This document shows, in pieces, positions 1 through 12,170 of a stretch of DNA of 64,000 nt. The stretch lies in contig CM059433.1 in the NCBI GenBank assembly GCA_030390025.1, positions 20,276,001-20,340,000 on the forward strand, written 5' to 3'. The DNA comes from Squalus acanthias. Its lineage: Eukaryota. The notes under the pieces were generated by a model. That model made no database searches and had not been told where the DNA came from. It saw nothing but the letters and a program-made list of their open reading frames with translations. How positions within the stretch are numbered: position 1 is the first letter of the stretch; the number at the start of each line of letters is the position of its first letter. Both the position numbers and the translations under genes were made by a program.

Positions 1-2186
1 CCGAATGCAATCTGTCACAAAGCCTGCCACCAACATCAGTCCAGTAGATCTGCTGGAGTCAGCAGTCACTGGGATGGGCCACTAATTTGGCAGGAAAAAT
101 CCAGTCCTCACTGTTGAGTTTCACACATGAATAATGACTCATTGGCAGAGGCACCACAGAGTGACTGGCATTGTTGAAACCGTAACCCCAGCAAGAGGTC
201 AATGGCAACAGGAGAGGGAAAAAAATAGTGAGAAACTGGGCAATTGCACAATGCACAGATCTGACAAGAGGGAAAACCTATTATAATACATTAGCACAAT
301 TGTTTTTTCATGTATCACATTCATTATTGTATTAATGAGAAAATATTATCACTTGGCAAGCTGGAGAAACAGTTCAGCCATTTGCAGCCCTGAAAGTAAG
401 AACTGAAACATCCCAACCCTTGGTTTTAGATTACAATTAAGGATTACTAGCTGTTAAATCTATCTGGGGAGTTCTAAAGCTCCTTGATCTTTGCCTCTCG
501 ATTACAAATGATGATCCTCTGCATGAAAGATAGCGAGATGAAAGTAAAACATGCCATCGTGCTCTCAATGATAAGTAGTGACTAGCAAGCACGAGGAATT
601 TAACAAAAATGTTCTGATCCATATCTATCGTGGCATCCCAAAAAGATGGGCTGTGCACAAATCCTTCAGGTAAAGAATATGACAAATCCAGAAATAGGCC
701 TGGATTTGATGTAAATGCTCCTTCACTGACATCACCTCATACAGCAACTATAAGCTCCGACTACTTGAATCCAAGAAGGAGCTAATAATTGCGAGATTAG
801 GTGGCTGGATGGGAATTGAAATCCCATCTGAATCCAAGTTAGATAGCAGATGAACGAATGATTCAGTTCTTGGGAGTTAAGAGTCTTGAGAGATCGACAA
901 CAGCTGGATGGAAAGATGCTACAAAGGAAAGGTAAGGATTTAGCTGAAAGAAAGAAATGTTATACTCAGAAGTCGATACAGAAGTAAATCTACTGAGATG
1001 TGGGGGTCAGTTTCGTTGGCTGCATGACTGGGCATCTTCTGAAATCTCCTCTCACAAACCCATTAAAAATGGAATCTCAGTAAACTTGTATAATTATTCG
1101 GGCCATAATTTTCGACAATGCTCTATGTACTGAAATGTGCAAGGGTAAAATGAATCAAATCGGCTGGAGATCAATCCACCAGCTTCTCCCTTGATCCTTC
1201 CTATTTCAATCGCTCCTTTCCTCAAGACCATGGGTGAATGAATAAAAATCATCCTCAGACAGAATGCCATGGAGGAAATCTGTCAAAGTAGGACCCAAAA
1301 ATGTGGGTAATTTATTCGTAGTTATATTTGTATTTCTCTCATCACTTGTTTGCTTAAAGCCACTAAGGAAATGAAACGCATGAAAGACTTAGTCGAAAAT
1401 TGAATTGAACTATTTTTACAAAGGACAATCTTTTTAAGATATTTCAATCCCAAATTAAAGGTTTGCTGATCGCTCTCTATGTTACTTGACAAGGTCTAAC
1501 CTGTAGATTTATGCTAATAGGACAGGGTACACCTACAGAAATACCCAGTGCAAAATAACCTCCTGGTGTTAACAGCAGAAAAAAAAAATCCTTCAACCGT
1601 AACAGTGTCAAATGTTCGACCCATCTCACGACAAGTTGTAGGCAACAGCAATTTCTCTGGGCTTTCTCATTTTGACAGCACCAAGAATTAGAAGTGTAAT
1701 TGTGGTAATACAATTGTGAATGACAACTTTGTCTTCAGCATTTAAAATCTGGGCTTTTGTCACTTGCAACATGAAAAGTTGGTGAATGCCTTCTGGCTGA
1801 ATCAATAGGTGTTATATTTTTATCTCAACACACGGAATGGGATGGTTATTTTGCCTCTTTTTCTCTTGTTTTCCTGAGATGTTGGAGGTATTCATTGAAA
1901 TAATTGTGGATGCCGAAATTGTTTAATTTGTGTATTTTAAACCTTAATTGAAGAATTAGTTGATTAATACTTTAATAGGTAATGTTACCGTGGAACATAT
2001 TCCGCTAAAGGTCCGTAATTTGTTTATCAGCACATAAAATGAGTGTGAACTAAGTGGACAAACACTAGTTCATATTAGTAACAGAGTTGGTGTGTGTATG
2101 TGTGTGTTTATATCATATACACACAAAAAATATATGTACGCAGATATATAAATATTATAATGTATGAAGCAGGAACAAAGCACACC

Positions 2187-2452
2187 TAAATTGATCTCAG
2201 TGTGGGCACTGAATTGACATTAGCTTGTGATAGTGCCTTGATATTAACTCATGATGTTACATTAACCTGTATCAATGATGTGTTGACTTGTAATGTTGAA
2301 TTGACTTCAGACTGCGTGTGTTGAAATGCCTCCAGCTGCTGATGTTGGATTGGCTACGCCATGTGATGCTGAATTTACAATGGTCTGTGATCCTGAATAG
2401 ACCTCAGTACATAATCATGAATTTTCCACAGTATGTGATGCTGGATGTAAGG
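2187..2452. repeat. Old, diverged 24-bp minisatellite (~11 units, consensus approx. TGCTGAATTGACCTCAGTATGTGA)
   Basis: Successive 24-mers: tgttgaaatgcctccagctgctga / tgttggattggctacgccatgtga / tgctgaatttacaatggtctgtga / tcctgaatagacctcagtacataa / tcatgaattttccacagtatgtga. This gives the 8-aa periodicity in ORF 2318..2671. Confidence 0.7.
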
Positions 2453-3090
2453 CATCATTTCAGCAATGACATTTGTAGACGTTTGCATGGTTCTGTGAAG
2501 GGTCATGTCAGTGTACTGAAATGTAAATTGTTTGCACTGTGCACATCCCAGCTACAAGCCTCAAGATCAAAGCGACCCCTTTATAGGTGCCCCTTATTAA
2601 AAAATACTTCCAAAGTGCCCAAGAACCGTGCAACCCCAGGAGTTACAGTGCAGAAGGCTCCAATGACATGAGGTCGGAGGCTCCCGTGCAACGTAACAGA
2701 AGTACACTGAGTTTTGCACCATTTGTTATTTAAATCATGCCAAGATATATTTTTATTTTGAGCCCGTCTTTGTTGAGTTTTACTGTAAAACAACTAGAGA
2801 CTCACAAAATTACATTTTTGATCCCCATCTGTTTTAAGCACTAAACCTTTAATACTTGTTCGTAGATACGCTTCAGATGTAAATGTTGCATTTCAAATCT
2901 GCATGTTAGACTCTAATGATTGGTTTAAATAACCAGAATTTGTTCAATTAACTATTCTGATTTGCTTGATAAGAAAAAACTATCCCTGCCAATCAAGAAC
3001 AAGGAAATCGCGCAACAGCAACCAATCAAACCTTTTTTTAAATCCAAAATGTACCAATCTGAAATCAGCAACTATTATGAAAGAAACTGA

Positions 3091-3125
3091 GTTAACGTTT
3101 CAGGTCGATGACCCTTCATCAGAAC
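3091..3125 (-). ncRNA. Minimal type I hammerhead ribozyme motif
   Basis: Minus strand reads GUU-CUGAUGA-A-GGGUC-AUC-GACCU-GAA-ACGU-U-AAC: catalytic core, stem I GUU/AAC, stem II and palindromic ACGU. Confidence 0.7.
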
Positions 3126-3127
3126 CT

Positions 3128-3162
3128 GTTCTGACGAAGGGTCATCGACCTGAAACGTTAAC
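3128..3162 (+). ncRNA. Minimal type I hammerhead ribozyme motif
   Basis: GUU-CUGACGA-A-GGGUC-AUC-GACCU-GAA-ACGU-U-AAC. Confidence 0.7.
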
Positions 3163-3740
3163 TCTGTTTCTCTCTCCACGGATGCTGCCTGGCCTGCTGA
3201 GTATTTCCAGCATTTTCTGTTTTTATTTCAGATTTCCAGCATCCGCAGTATTTTGTTTTTGAACTATTGTGAAACATATTTTTCAAAGTTGTTTTGGAGG
3301 TGGCTGTGTTGCTTTACAACTCACAACACTTAGCATTTCTAACAAGTAAATTTATAACATAATAAACACATTAAAACATTATTTAAACCAAAAAACACTA
3401 CAGTGTACCATTGTATTTTAGAATTATCAGCACCAGCTTCCCCCACTGCGGCCTTTACTCTTTGGGGACAGCAAGACTGTCAGTTTGTTCAGTGGTTACA
3501 ATGGGCTGGAATCATCTGATGCAGTATTTCCAGCCCAAAAACTATCTCTCTTGATTGAGTTCCACTTCTTTCATCCATGTTCTTAAAAGATCTGGCATGG
3601 AGCTGGTGAGAGAAACCACTTAAAAGGAGGACAGAAACACAGAAAATGAACATTAGAGAAGCAGGGTCTGGCTACACAGGTGTATATTGCATTTCAGCAA
3701 GAAGAAACAGTTGAAAATTTTAGCATCATTTGTAAACACT

Positions 3741-4509
3741 GGCCCTGAATTTGCGGTCGGAGGCTTCCCGCGGAGAAATGCCTCCTCCGATCTGCAAATA
3801 AAATGCCCGCGTACCCGGGGCCTCGGGAGCCACGGAGACTCGCGGTCCTGGGCCTCTCCCGGTACCCGCGGGCAGAGGCCCGCCTACCCGAGGGGGGCAG
3901 GCGGTTCGCGAGCGCCCCTGGGATCACGTGGGTCGGACTAACGAATGAAAGAAGGGGATTCCCCATTCATGTTTATGGGGATTCCATATGTATGGAAACC
4001 CCATAAATGTGAACGGGAATACCCCCAAAAATACACCTAGACATCAAATAAATAAAATTAAAAATCACATATTTAAAATTAATTAAAATGGCATTTAATT
4101 AAATATTTAAAATAAAAATTTAATTTTTTGAAAAATAAATTTACATGTTTTAAAGAGGCTTAAGTTTAAATAAACTTACCTTATTTAACAAGTTTTTAAA
4201 TGTGTAAATTATTGATAAAATTTTATTTTTCTATTTTTTTAAAACTCTTACGCTGGTAAAAGCAGACCTTACACCTGCTTTTACCAGGCGCAAGAATTTC
4301 ACGGGCATTCGCTGGGCAGAAGTTGGGCAAATAGCGCAACTCTCCACCCGCAGAGGCCCATCTCCCGGGGATGCGGATGATCTGTCAAGAGAATTCTTGA
4401 CAGATCACAAGTTCTGGGTTTTAACGCATGCGCAGCGCCTGCCCAAACCCAGAACTTGCGCAGCCCTTACAGGCGCGTACACACCCGTAGGGGCCGCAAA
4501 TTACGGCCC
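3741..4509. mobile_element. MITE (probably PIF/Harbinger-type, non-autonomous)
   Basis: Imperfect 18-bp TIRs (GGCCCTGAATTTGCGGTC vs reverse complement GGGCCGTAATTTGCGGCC). GC/CpG-rich arms, AT-rich core and several internal hairpins. Flanks act/att. Confidence 0.7.
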
Positions 4510-5635
4510 ATTATAATAGCACTTCTGAAGTTCATTGTGAAATCTTTGTGACACATAGTTGTCCCTGAATTAACTTGGAGCATTTTACTTGCTGGTGGAG
4601 GGGGGAGGGGGTTGGGGGGGATGGAGGTTGGGTTTTGCTTATTGATTATAGTGTCAGATTATTGAAGCTTTACATGTTTCAAATACATTTTGATTGAAAG
4701 ATTTGGACTGCTGTGTCAACATTGCACAGGTTAAGGTTTCTTTTTTTGTCAGGGATCAAAATTGAATTGCATTTTCATATGAGAGAGATTAATTTGTTTA
4801 TTGTGAATTTTATGCTCTGGAATCAGAGGAAGCGGCATTTCTGATTTTCCAATCAGCAATCAACATTCTTAAAAATAGCACCACGATTAACTTTACTGAA
4901 TGAAAACTAGGGCCAAGACTGTGTAATCTGGCAATACCAAAAGTCATATAGGTTGGGGTTAAAGAATGTATCCTGGCATGCCTTGTGTCACACGTTGCCA
5001 CTGAAAGTATGACGTGCTGTACTGTGATTGGGATACTTAATTTAGGAACCATGTCCTGCACACCAGAATGTTGGGAAATGGCGTGAGAGGACATCCCAGC
5101 CCACTAACATATTAAATGAAGTTCACAATAGTTTGAGGTGGGAGCTTCTAATGCTGATGTTCTGCACTGTTCCAGAACTGTACATGATTTCAAATGCCTG
5201 CAATGGATCTCCGTGCACTTTTATGATTGGGATTGCCTGATTTACCTGATTTGAAAGTCCTTACTATTGAGTTCCGAGGCTCGGCATCGTGGCCTAAGTA
5301 CTGGGTGACTCCATGGGTGGTGGGCAAGGGGAGGTGGTGGCCTTAATGAAAGATACATGAGAGAAGGCGCTTCAGCCCTAGGTATTAAATCCTTTAATTT
5401 TGTCCACAAGCAAAGCTGCAGGATGTCAAGTTTATTATGCAACACATTATGTGGAATAATGCTCCTATTGATATTAAACAGTGTATCCTCTCATTGATGG
5501 CGAGACACACCACAGGAGGTCAACTTGTGTGCATATGTATGAGTGCTGTAAAAATATCTTTGTAATATATGTACATTTTCAACATATTTCAAAAAAATGT
5601 TTTTCCCAAATAAAGCAAACCTGATATGGGGAGGT

Positions 5636-5915
5636 ATCCCTCCAGTGGCTCAGTAAATGCATGGTGTGCTGTAGCCCTCAGCTATACAAACCAGGGAGGT
5701 CCCGGAGTTCAATCCTTGGACTGTGCTGAAGGGGAAAAGTTAGTCAAGGCTGTGAACATACATTTAAGGACAGGATCAGGTTCTGCTGCAATGGCTCACA
5801 GGCTTGGATGATATGCTGACTTTGCACCTCATGCAAGAAGGAATTGGAGGGCCATCAGTATTGTGAAACCATACCTCAGCCTGAGTCTCAACCTTCAGGA
5901 GAGGAGAGATAAAAG
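5636..5915 (+). mobile_element. Degraded tRNA-head SINE
   Basis: A-box-like gtggctcagt and B-box-like gagttcaatcc. Resembles the old SINE pieces at 10750-11810 and 49190-51740. Confidence 0.4.
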
Positions 5916-6764
5916 GAGAAAATTAGAAGGATAATTCAAGAAGAAAGCAAAAAAAAAACTAGCAGTGCTTCTTAGTGTTACAACCAGTGATCAAATTGCA
6001 GCAGTGTAAACGCTCCCAGCACTCAATACAATGGAGTAACAACAGAATTTTCTGATCTAGTTGTTTATGGTGGTTCCAGGATCTCCAAGGGGGTGACAGT
6101 GCTCCTTTTCTAGTCTATATGAACAAGTGGGGGGCACCTCCTACACCTATCACTATCGTCCTCTTTTAGGCAAGGGTGGGGAGAAATGCTTCCCCTAATC
6201 CATGTTAACAATGAAGGCTCGAGCCTGATCTTTTCATTCTAACAGTTTAGATCCTGTGACTGAAGTACACACGTTGGCCAATGGACGGTAAAATTTACCT
6301 TGATAACCACAATCATTTACATCACAAGGCTTCAGTTGATTCAGTGTACTTCAGAACAGTTATTATCATGGAAAAAGAATTGAATAGACTAAATGGAGTA
6401 TGATTTATGGCCGTGTTTCATATCAAGCTAGACTCCTGATTCTTGGATGAGAAATCCCGTTGAATCCCTGGGATCAGTGAAATTTTTATTTGAAACCATT
6501 ACCTTGTGTCAGCTTGAGAATTCTTTTCTCTGGATCTCGTAATGAAACATGACATGTCTCCAGGTCATTTCATTTGTATCCTACAGATATTCTGCGTTCT
6601 GCAACAGAATGGTATGACATTAGTGTGCGACACAAGAGCATGTCGAAAGCTTCAGAACTGCATTCTGTTTTATTAAAAATGGATGAGCTATTGATGATGT
6701 AGGTTTAAATTATTTTAAGCAGACTCTAGTATGACCACAGGAGGCAAAGTCATTCTCTGAAGTA

Positions 6765-6978
6765 ATAAAAAAAAATGAAGGAAAAGCACAGCAGGTTGGC
6801 TCATGTCTGAAAGAGAAAGATAGGTTCACTTTTCAGGTGGATCTCAGACTCCTGATGAAAGGTCACAAAACAATAAAATATTAAACTATCTCTCCTTCAG
6901 ATCCTGACTGACCTGCTGTGCACTTGCAGCATTTTCTGTTCTTATTTCAGGTTTCTAGCGTTGATTGCTTTTATTTTC
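6765..6978. mobile_element. Older, diverged copy of the short Penelope-type palindromic element
   Basis: Contains gacctgctg...cagcattttctgttcttatttcag plus an inverted counterpart. The hammerhead core has decayed (ctgatgaaaggtca with no GAAA). Confidence 0.55.
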
Positions 6979-7332
6979 GAAGTCCTTCTCATGATCAGAC
7001 AGCTCTCGGGCTCAGAATCCGTGAACCGAAGGTAGAAAGATGTTGTTGACTGCAGAGGTGGGATAATAACATTTATACATTGTGACCAGTAAACAAAAGT
7101 TCTTCATCCGTTTGAAGCCAGTTTAGCTCACTGTCTGAAATTGGTAATAGAGCCATTCTGACAGCTTGAATGTAATCCAGATAGAGTTATATTTATACAA
7201 GATTAAGAATGTTGACCAGGGATTTAACAGAATGTAAATCCCCTCCCCACTGAGATGCTGTGACCACATATCCTTCTGGGCTTGAAGGGTCTTTAGTGGT
7301 TTTCATTTTGTGGTGAACTACCTTCCTTCAAA

Positions 7333-7533
7333 TAACAACAGAAAATGCTGGAAACACTCAGCAGGCCAGGCAGCATCCGTGGAGAGAGAAACAGAGTTAA
7401 CGTTTCAGGTCGATGACCCTTCTTCAGAACAAACTCTGTTTCTCTCTCCACGGATGCTGCCCGGCCTGCTGAGTGTTTCCAGCATTTTCTGTTGTTATTT
7501 CAGATTTCCAGCATCCGCAGTATTTTGCTATTG
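7333..7533. mobile_element. Short non-autonomous Penelope-type element, long inverted repeat
   Basis: Arms ~7331-7400 and ~7432-7500 are near-perfect reverse complements. Perfect 14-bp TSD taccttccttcaaa (7319-7332, 7534-7547). Confidence 0.8.
7396..7430 (-). ncRNA. Minimal type I hammerhead ribozyme motif
   Basis: Minus strand reads GUU-CUGAAGA-A-GGGUC-AUC-GACCU-GAA-ACGU-U-AAC. Confidence 0.7.
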
Positions 7534-8764
7534 TACCTTCCTTCAAAGTTGATTATGCTTGTGAAATATTCAGGTTAAAAAAAACACTATTATCGCTGTT
7601 GCATTCATGACCCAGAATGACCTGAAGCCATGGGATGTCAACAAAAAAAATTGCAGGTGGCAAAGAATTCTTGGGGATGTGTAGTTGTAATTATAAGAGT
7701 AATTAATGCATTAATAAAGCTTTGCTGCCTCAATTGTTTAATTAGCTAATGTTTTAGAGGTAATATTTAAATTGTATAACAACGTTGCTGATAAAATCCT
7801 ACTCATCCATGTCAGACAGCATGTAATTTTCTAAAGCTCATTTAAAAAAAATCTTTCCCTTCAAGCCAGAATCCTGTTATCTTAGAGCATTTGGTTTAAT
7901 TTGAACATTTTGTTACTTCAGTAAGAAGTAGGCACCACGCACAGGCCTTCTCACAGGGATAGAAGGATAATCCATGAGATGACTAAGGCTGCTCAACCTG
8001 CATCTAGGCCGAGTGGACTGTTGCACAGAGGAACTGGCAGAGGCCTGGAAGGTTGTCTGCCTTTTCGCTATAAAACAGCAGAGTGGGAGTGAATAAAGAG
8101 GAAACGAAAAAAGAAATATGTGGAAGGAATCCCTCCTGCAGAACTGAACTTGGTGATGAAGGTTTTTTATGACTGTTGAATTCTTGTTTTTAGTTCTTCT
8201 ATTGCAGGTTGACATCTGTGTATGTTCTATCTAGTAGTTTTTCACTGTTCTTACAGATTCTGGTGTGGATCGTGGTGGTCATGCAGCTTTGTATTGGGAC
8301 TAGTTTTCTCTGTAGGATTTGAGTCTTTTTCAATTACTTTGGATACGGCAGCTATGAAGAATAAAGCTGTGTCGTAGAAAAATGGTCAAGGTATTGCTAC
8401 AAAGTGTCTTTGACAACCAACAGTTTCCTGTGTTTCACGGTTGAGATTTAAGAAATCTAATGCCTTTGCAAAGATTTGTGGTGCATACACTGTTGACTCT
8501 GGTCACCAGTACTTTATAGAATAAAGGATTAGTTCTTCTGTACCAACTGGAATGAGTGCTCAAGTGAATGAGATTTACTCAGTCCCCAACATGTCTCCAC
8601 AAGAGGCTATTTTGTTACCACGTTTGAATAAAATATAGTTAAATAAAAGTGCACAAAAATCCAGCGTAGCCCAGGCACATACCCAGCTACAGACCAGTCC
8701 AATGAGCAATAGCAATAGTTGCTTTCTTGATCAACTAACCTCACTGGGAATCTTCAGTTTTAAT

Positions 8765-8843
8765 TGTATCAGTAATGGTAACCATGAAACTATCGGATTG
8801 TCGTAAAAACCCATCTGGTTCATTAATGTCCTTTAGGGAAGGA
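8765..8843 (+). mobile_element. SINE body fragment
   Basis: Near-identical reverse complement of ~10385-10450 (agtaatggtaacca.gaaactatcggattgtcgtaaaaa.ccatctggttcattaatgtcc). Confidence 0.65.
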
Positions 8844-9019
8844 CATTGGATTCTGTTCTAAGTGCTTGTCAGTTTTCAGTGTGATGCATACTGGGTTGAG
8901 GTTCAAGTGTCCCTTGCCTGTCAGGGTACTATAGAGCACATCAGAAGCCAGCAGTAATCCTGAGAGAAGATGAAGCATTCGCAACCAATTATTACAGGCC
9001 AGCAAATTATATATATATA

Positions 9020-10283
9020 TTTTTTAATTCGTATGTGGGTGTCACTGGCAAGGCCAGCATTTATTGCCCATCCCTAATTGTCCTTGAGAAGGTGGTGGTA
9101 AGCCGCTGCAGTCCGTGTGGTGATGGTACGCTCACAGTGCTGTTAGGGAGGGAGTTCCAGGAATTTGACCCAGCAACGATGAAGGAGCGGCGATATATTT
9201 CCAAGTCTGGATGGTGTGTGACTTGGAGGGGAACTTGGAGGGGGTGGTGTTCCCATGCACCTGCTGCTCTTGTCCTTCTAGGTGGAAGAGGTCGCGGGTT
9301 TGGGAGCTGCTGCCGAAGAAGCCTTGGTGAGTTGCTGCAGTGCATCTTGTGGATGGTACACACTGCAGCCACGGTACGCCGGTGGTGGAGAGAGTGAATG
9401 TTTAAGGTGGTGGATGGGGTGCCAATCAAGCGGGCTGCATTGTCCTGGATGGTGTCGAGCTTCTTGAGTGTTGTTGGAGCTGCACTCATCCAGGCCAGTG
9501 GAGAGTATTACATCACACTCCTTACTTGTGCCTTGTAGATGGTAGAAAGGCTTTGGGGAGTCAGGAAGTGAGACAATCACCGCAGAATACCTGCTCTTGT
9601 TGCCACAGTATTTATGTGGCTGGTCCAGTTAAGTTTCTGGTCAATGGTGACCCCCAGGATGATGATGGTGGGGGATTCGGCGATGGTAATGCCATTGAAT
9701 GTCAAGGGGTGGTGGTTAGACACTCGCTTGTTGGAGATAGTCATTGCCTGGCACTTCTGTGGCGTGAATGTTACCTGCCACTTGTCAGCCGAAGCCTGAA
9801 CGTCGTCCAGGTCTTGTTGTATGCGGGCATGGACTGCTTCATTATCTGAGGAGTTGTGACTGGCACTGAACACTGTGCATCAGCGAACATCCCCATTTCT
9901 GACCTTATGTTGGAGGGAAGCAGCTGAAGATGGTTGGGCCTAGGACACTGCCCTGAGGAACTCCTGGAGCTGTGATGATTGACCTCCAACCACCACAACC
10001 ATCTTCCTTTGTGGTATGACTCCAGCCAGTGGAGAGTTTTCCCCCTGATTACCATTGACTTCAGTTTTACTAGGGCTCCTTGATGCCACACTCAGTCGAA
10101 TGCTGCCTTGATGTCAAGGGCAGTCACTCTCACCTCACCTCAAACTGGGCATCAGTGAGCAGGTTATTGGTAAGTGCCGCTTGATATCACTGTCGATGAC
10201 ACCTTCCATCACTTTGCTGATGATTGATCAGTAGACTGATGGGGCAGTAATTGGCTGGATTGGATTTGTCCTGCTTTTGGTGA
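9020..10283 (-). mobile_element. 5'-truncated, frameshifted non-LTR retrotransposon (CR1/Jockey-group LINE): RT C-terminal part and 3' UTR
   Basis: Minus-strand peptides WHQGALVKLKSM..RGKTLHWLESY, MGMFAD, IQQDLDDVQASADKWQVTFTPQKCQ, ILGVTIDQKLNWTSHI and KKLDTIQDNAARLIG are typical LINE ORF2 segments. Broken across several frames. Confidence 0.85.
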
Positions 10284-10285
10284 AG

Positions 10286-10550
10286 GTTGCACAACTGAGT
10301 GGCTTGCGAGGCCATTTCAGAGGGCAGTTAAGAGTCAACCACATTGCTGTGGGTCTGGGGTCACATATAGGCCAGACCAGGTAAGGACATTAATGAACCA
10401 GATGGATTTTTACGACAATCCGATAGTTTCCTGGTTACCATTACTGATACTAGCTTTTTATTCCAGATTTATTTAATTAACTGAATTTAAATTCCCCAGC
10501 TGCCATGGCGGGATTTGAACTCAAGTTTCTGGATCATTAGTCCAGGCCTC
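10286..10550 (-). mobile_element. tRNA-derived SINE
   Basis: B-box gagttcaaatccc on the minus strand. Body matches 61338-61725 and 8765-8843. Confidence 0.7.
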
Positions 10551-10792
10551 GTATGGCTTATATGAACCTTCTCTTGTCTTTGGGGAAAGCTCTGATGCCA
10601 ATAAAAAGCCAATGTTTGCACATGTGCACGTGTATTCATTGTCCAATAATTTAAATTTGTTTCTGCAGCAAAAGAAATCAGTTGCTGGGTATAAATACAG
10701 CAGAGTTCTTCCAATAGTCTGGTGAGTAAATGCAACACCTAGCAAAGTACTAAGTACCTCCCGTTAGCGTAGTACTAAGCTACAAAGACTAG

Positions 10793-11525
10793 GGGGGAAA
10801 CATTGAGTCGCGCCCGCTTTTGGGCGCTAACTTCGCCGGGGCGCTACTTTTAGCGTCCCGAAAAGATTAGCGCCCCCGCCGCCAAAATTCACCAGTAGCG
10901 CCCCAAGAGGGAAGCAGGGTGCTACTGGAAGCGCCCCGCCTCCCTCTTGGAGCGCTGCAAGTGAATATTGCGGCGCTACGTGCTGCAGTGCCACGCGCTG
11001 CGGCACACCGCGCCGCGGTACTGCAGGCCTTCCTCCCCTTCTTAAAGGGTAGGGGCTTTGCGCAGCGTGACCTGGGGCCCAGCTGGGCCACCAGGGATAG
11101 GAGTGCCGGCAAAGGAGCCCGGCACTCAAGAGAAGTGCCGGGCTCACGGAGCGCAGCCGGCACTCTGCGGGGGGGCTGCAGAGGAGGCCGGGGACGGCAA
11201 TGGGGGCAGGTGCTGGCAGGCAGCCAGCAACAAAAATAGCCGCCCGGCACCTCCCCCTTAATTTGCGCCACCCCGGCCACAGGTAAGTCCCCCTGACTCC
11301 GTCGGACACAGCGTCCGGCGGTAAGTTAGGGGGCGCTGCACACGGCGATGACGTCATCGGTGGCGGCGCAGCGCCGCGGGGTGCTAACGGTTACCGCTAC
11401 CGTTAACCTCCCGCTGAATTTCACGGGAGGCGTTGGCGGCGCCGCGCCCAGGCGTTAGTTGCTTTGCGCCCCGTTAGCGCCCTAGGGTGCTAACGAGAGG
11501 TGCAAAGCAACCGAATTTTTAGGCC
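10793..11525. mobile_element. GC-rich MITE (Harbinger-type) inserted into an older SINE
   Basis: 3-bp TAG duplication (10790-10792, 11526-11528). Loose GG..AAA.ATT termini and repeated subterminal TAGCGCCC/GGGCGCTA motifs. SINE-like sequence resumes after 11528. Confidence 0.65.
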
Positions 11526-12170
11526 TAGGAAGTGTCCAGACCCAATCCCCAGTTTGTGCTAAGTTAATTGATAGTAGCCATGGCAGCAATTGTCCTCGGT
11601 ACACTTGAGCTAAAGTGGGCAAGGGGGCAGGGGCGGCGGGGCAGCAGTTGGAAATCAGCTAAAGTTCTAACTCTGATTGCTATCCAGTGACCCTACTGGA
11701 AGGGCTGTTTGGGTGAGGTACCAGAGAGCTGATCGCACCCATGGAACTGCACCCCAGCAAGGAATCAGCACCTTCAGCAAAAAAATGGGTGAAAATTAGA
11801 GAAAAATAAATGCAGCATAAAATCCACTCACATAGTTTGTTTGAAGCTGTGCTGACTGGTATCGATATATTTGTGGACAATGAGATTCTGTTGTCAGTCC
11901 CTTACCTCTGTCTTTGAGGCACCTTGACCGTTCATGTGTTCAGTGACTGAGGCTTTGTGATGGTTTTCTTGTACGTCCGGTGTCTGATCAATGTGCAGAC
12001 ACTCATGAACTCCGAAGTACTATGTTCATCAAGGAACACGTTGCAGAAATTATACTGCACACAGAGTTTAAATGGTTCTTTGATGCAAGCAAGCTTTTGT
12101 TAGGTGCTACTGTTAGGTGGGGAGAAAGTGAGACAGTATAAATGCTGCATTTTTAATTTTCTATCTTTTG

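Larger units (their letters stand above)
3083..3261. mobile_element. Short non-autonomous Penelope-type terminal-repeat element with an internal palindrome
   Basis: Inverted repeat 3089-3125/3128-3164. Flanked by a 13-bp target-site duplication aactatt(a/g)tgaaa (3070-3082, 3262-3274). Same family as 7333-7533. Confidence 0.75.

Noticed and set aside
6862..6895. Sixth hammerhead motif
   Set aside because: CUGAUGA is present, but stem II and the GAAA/palindrome have decayed.
7913..8215. Minus-strand ORF or exon, and similar short ORFs at 59-256 and 47162-47356
   Set aside because: No recognisable homology or consistent multi-exon frame; the splice-like signals are within chance expectation.
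10827..11357. Overlapping ORFs in GC-rich stretches (also 3687-4006, 57380-58360)
   Set aside because: Stop-poor GC-rich MITE arms with no recognisable domain.
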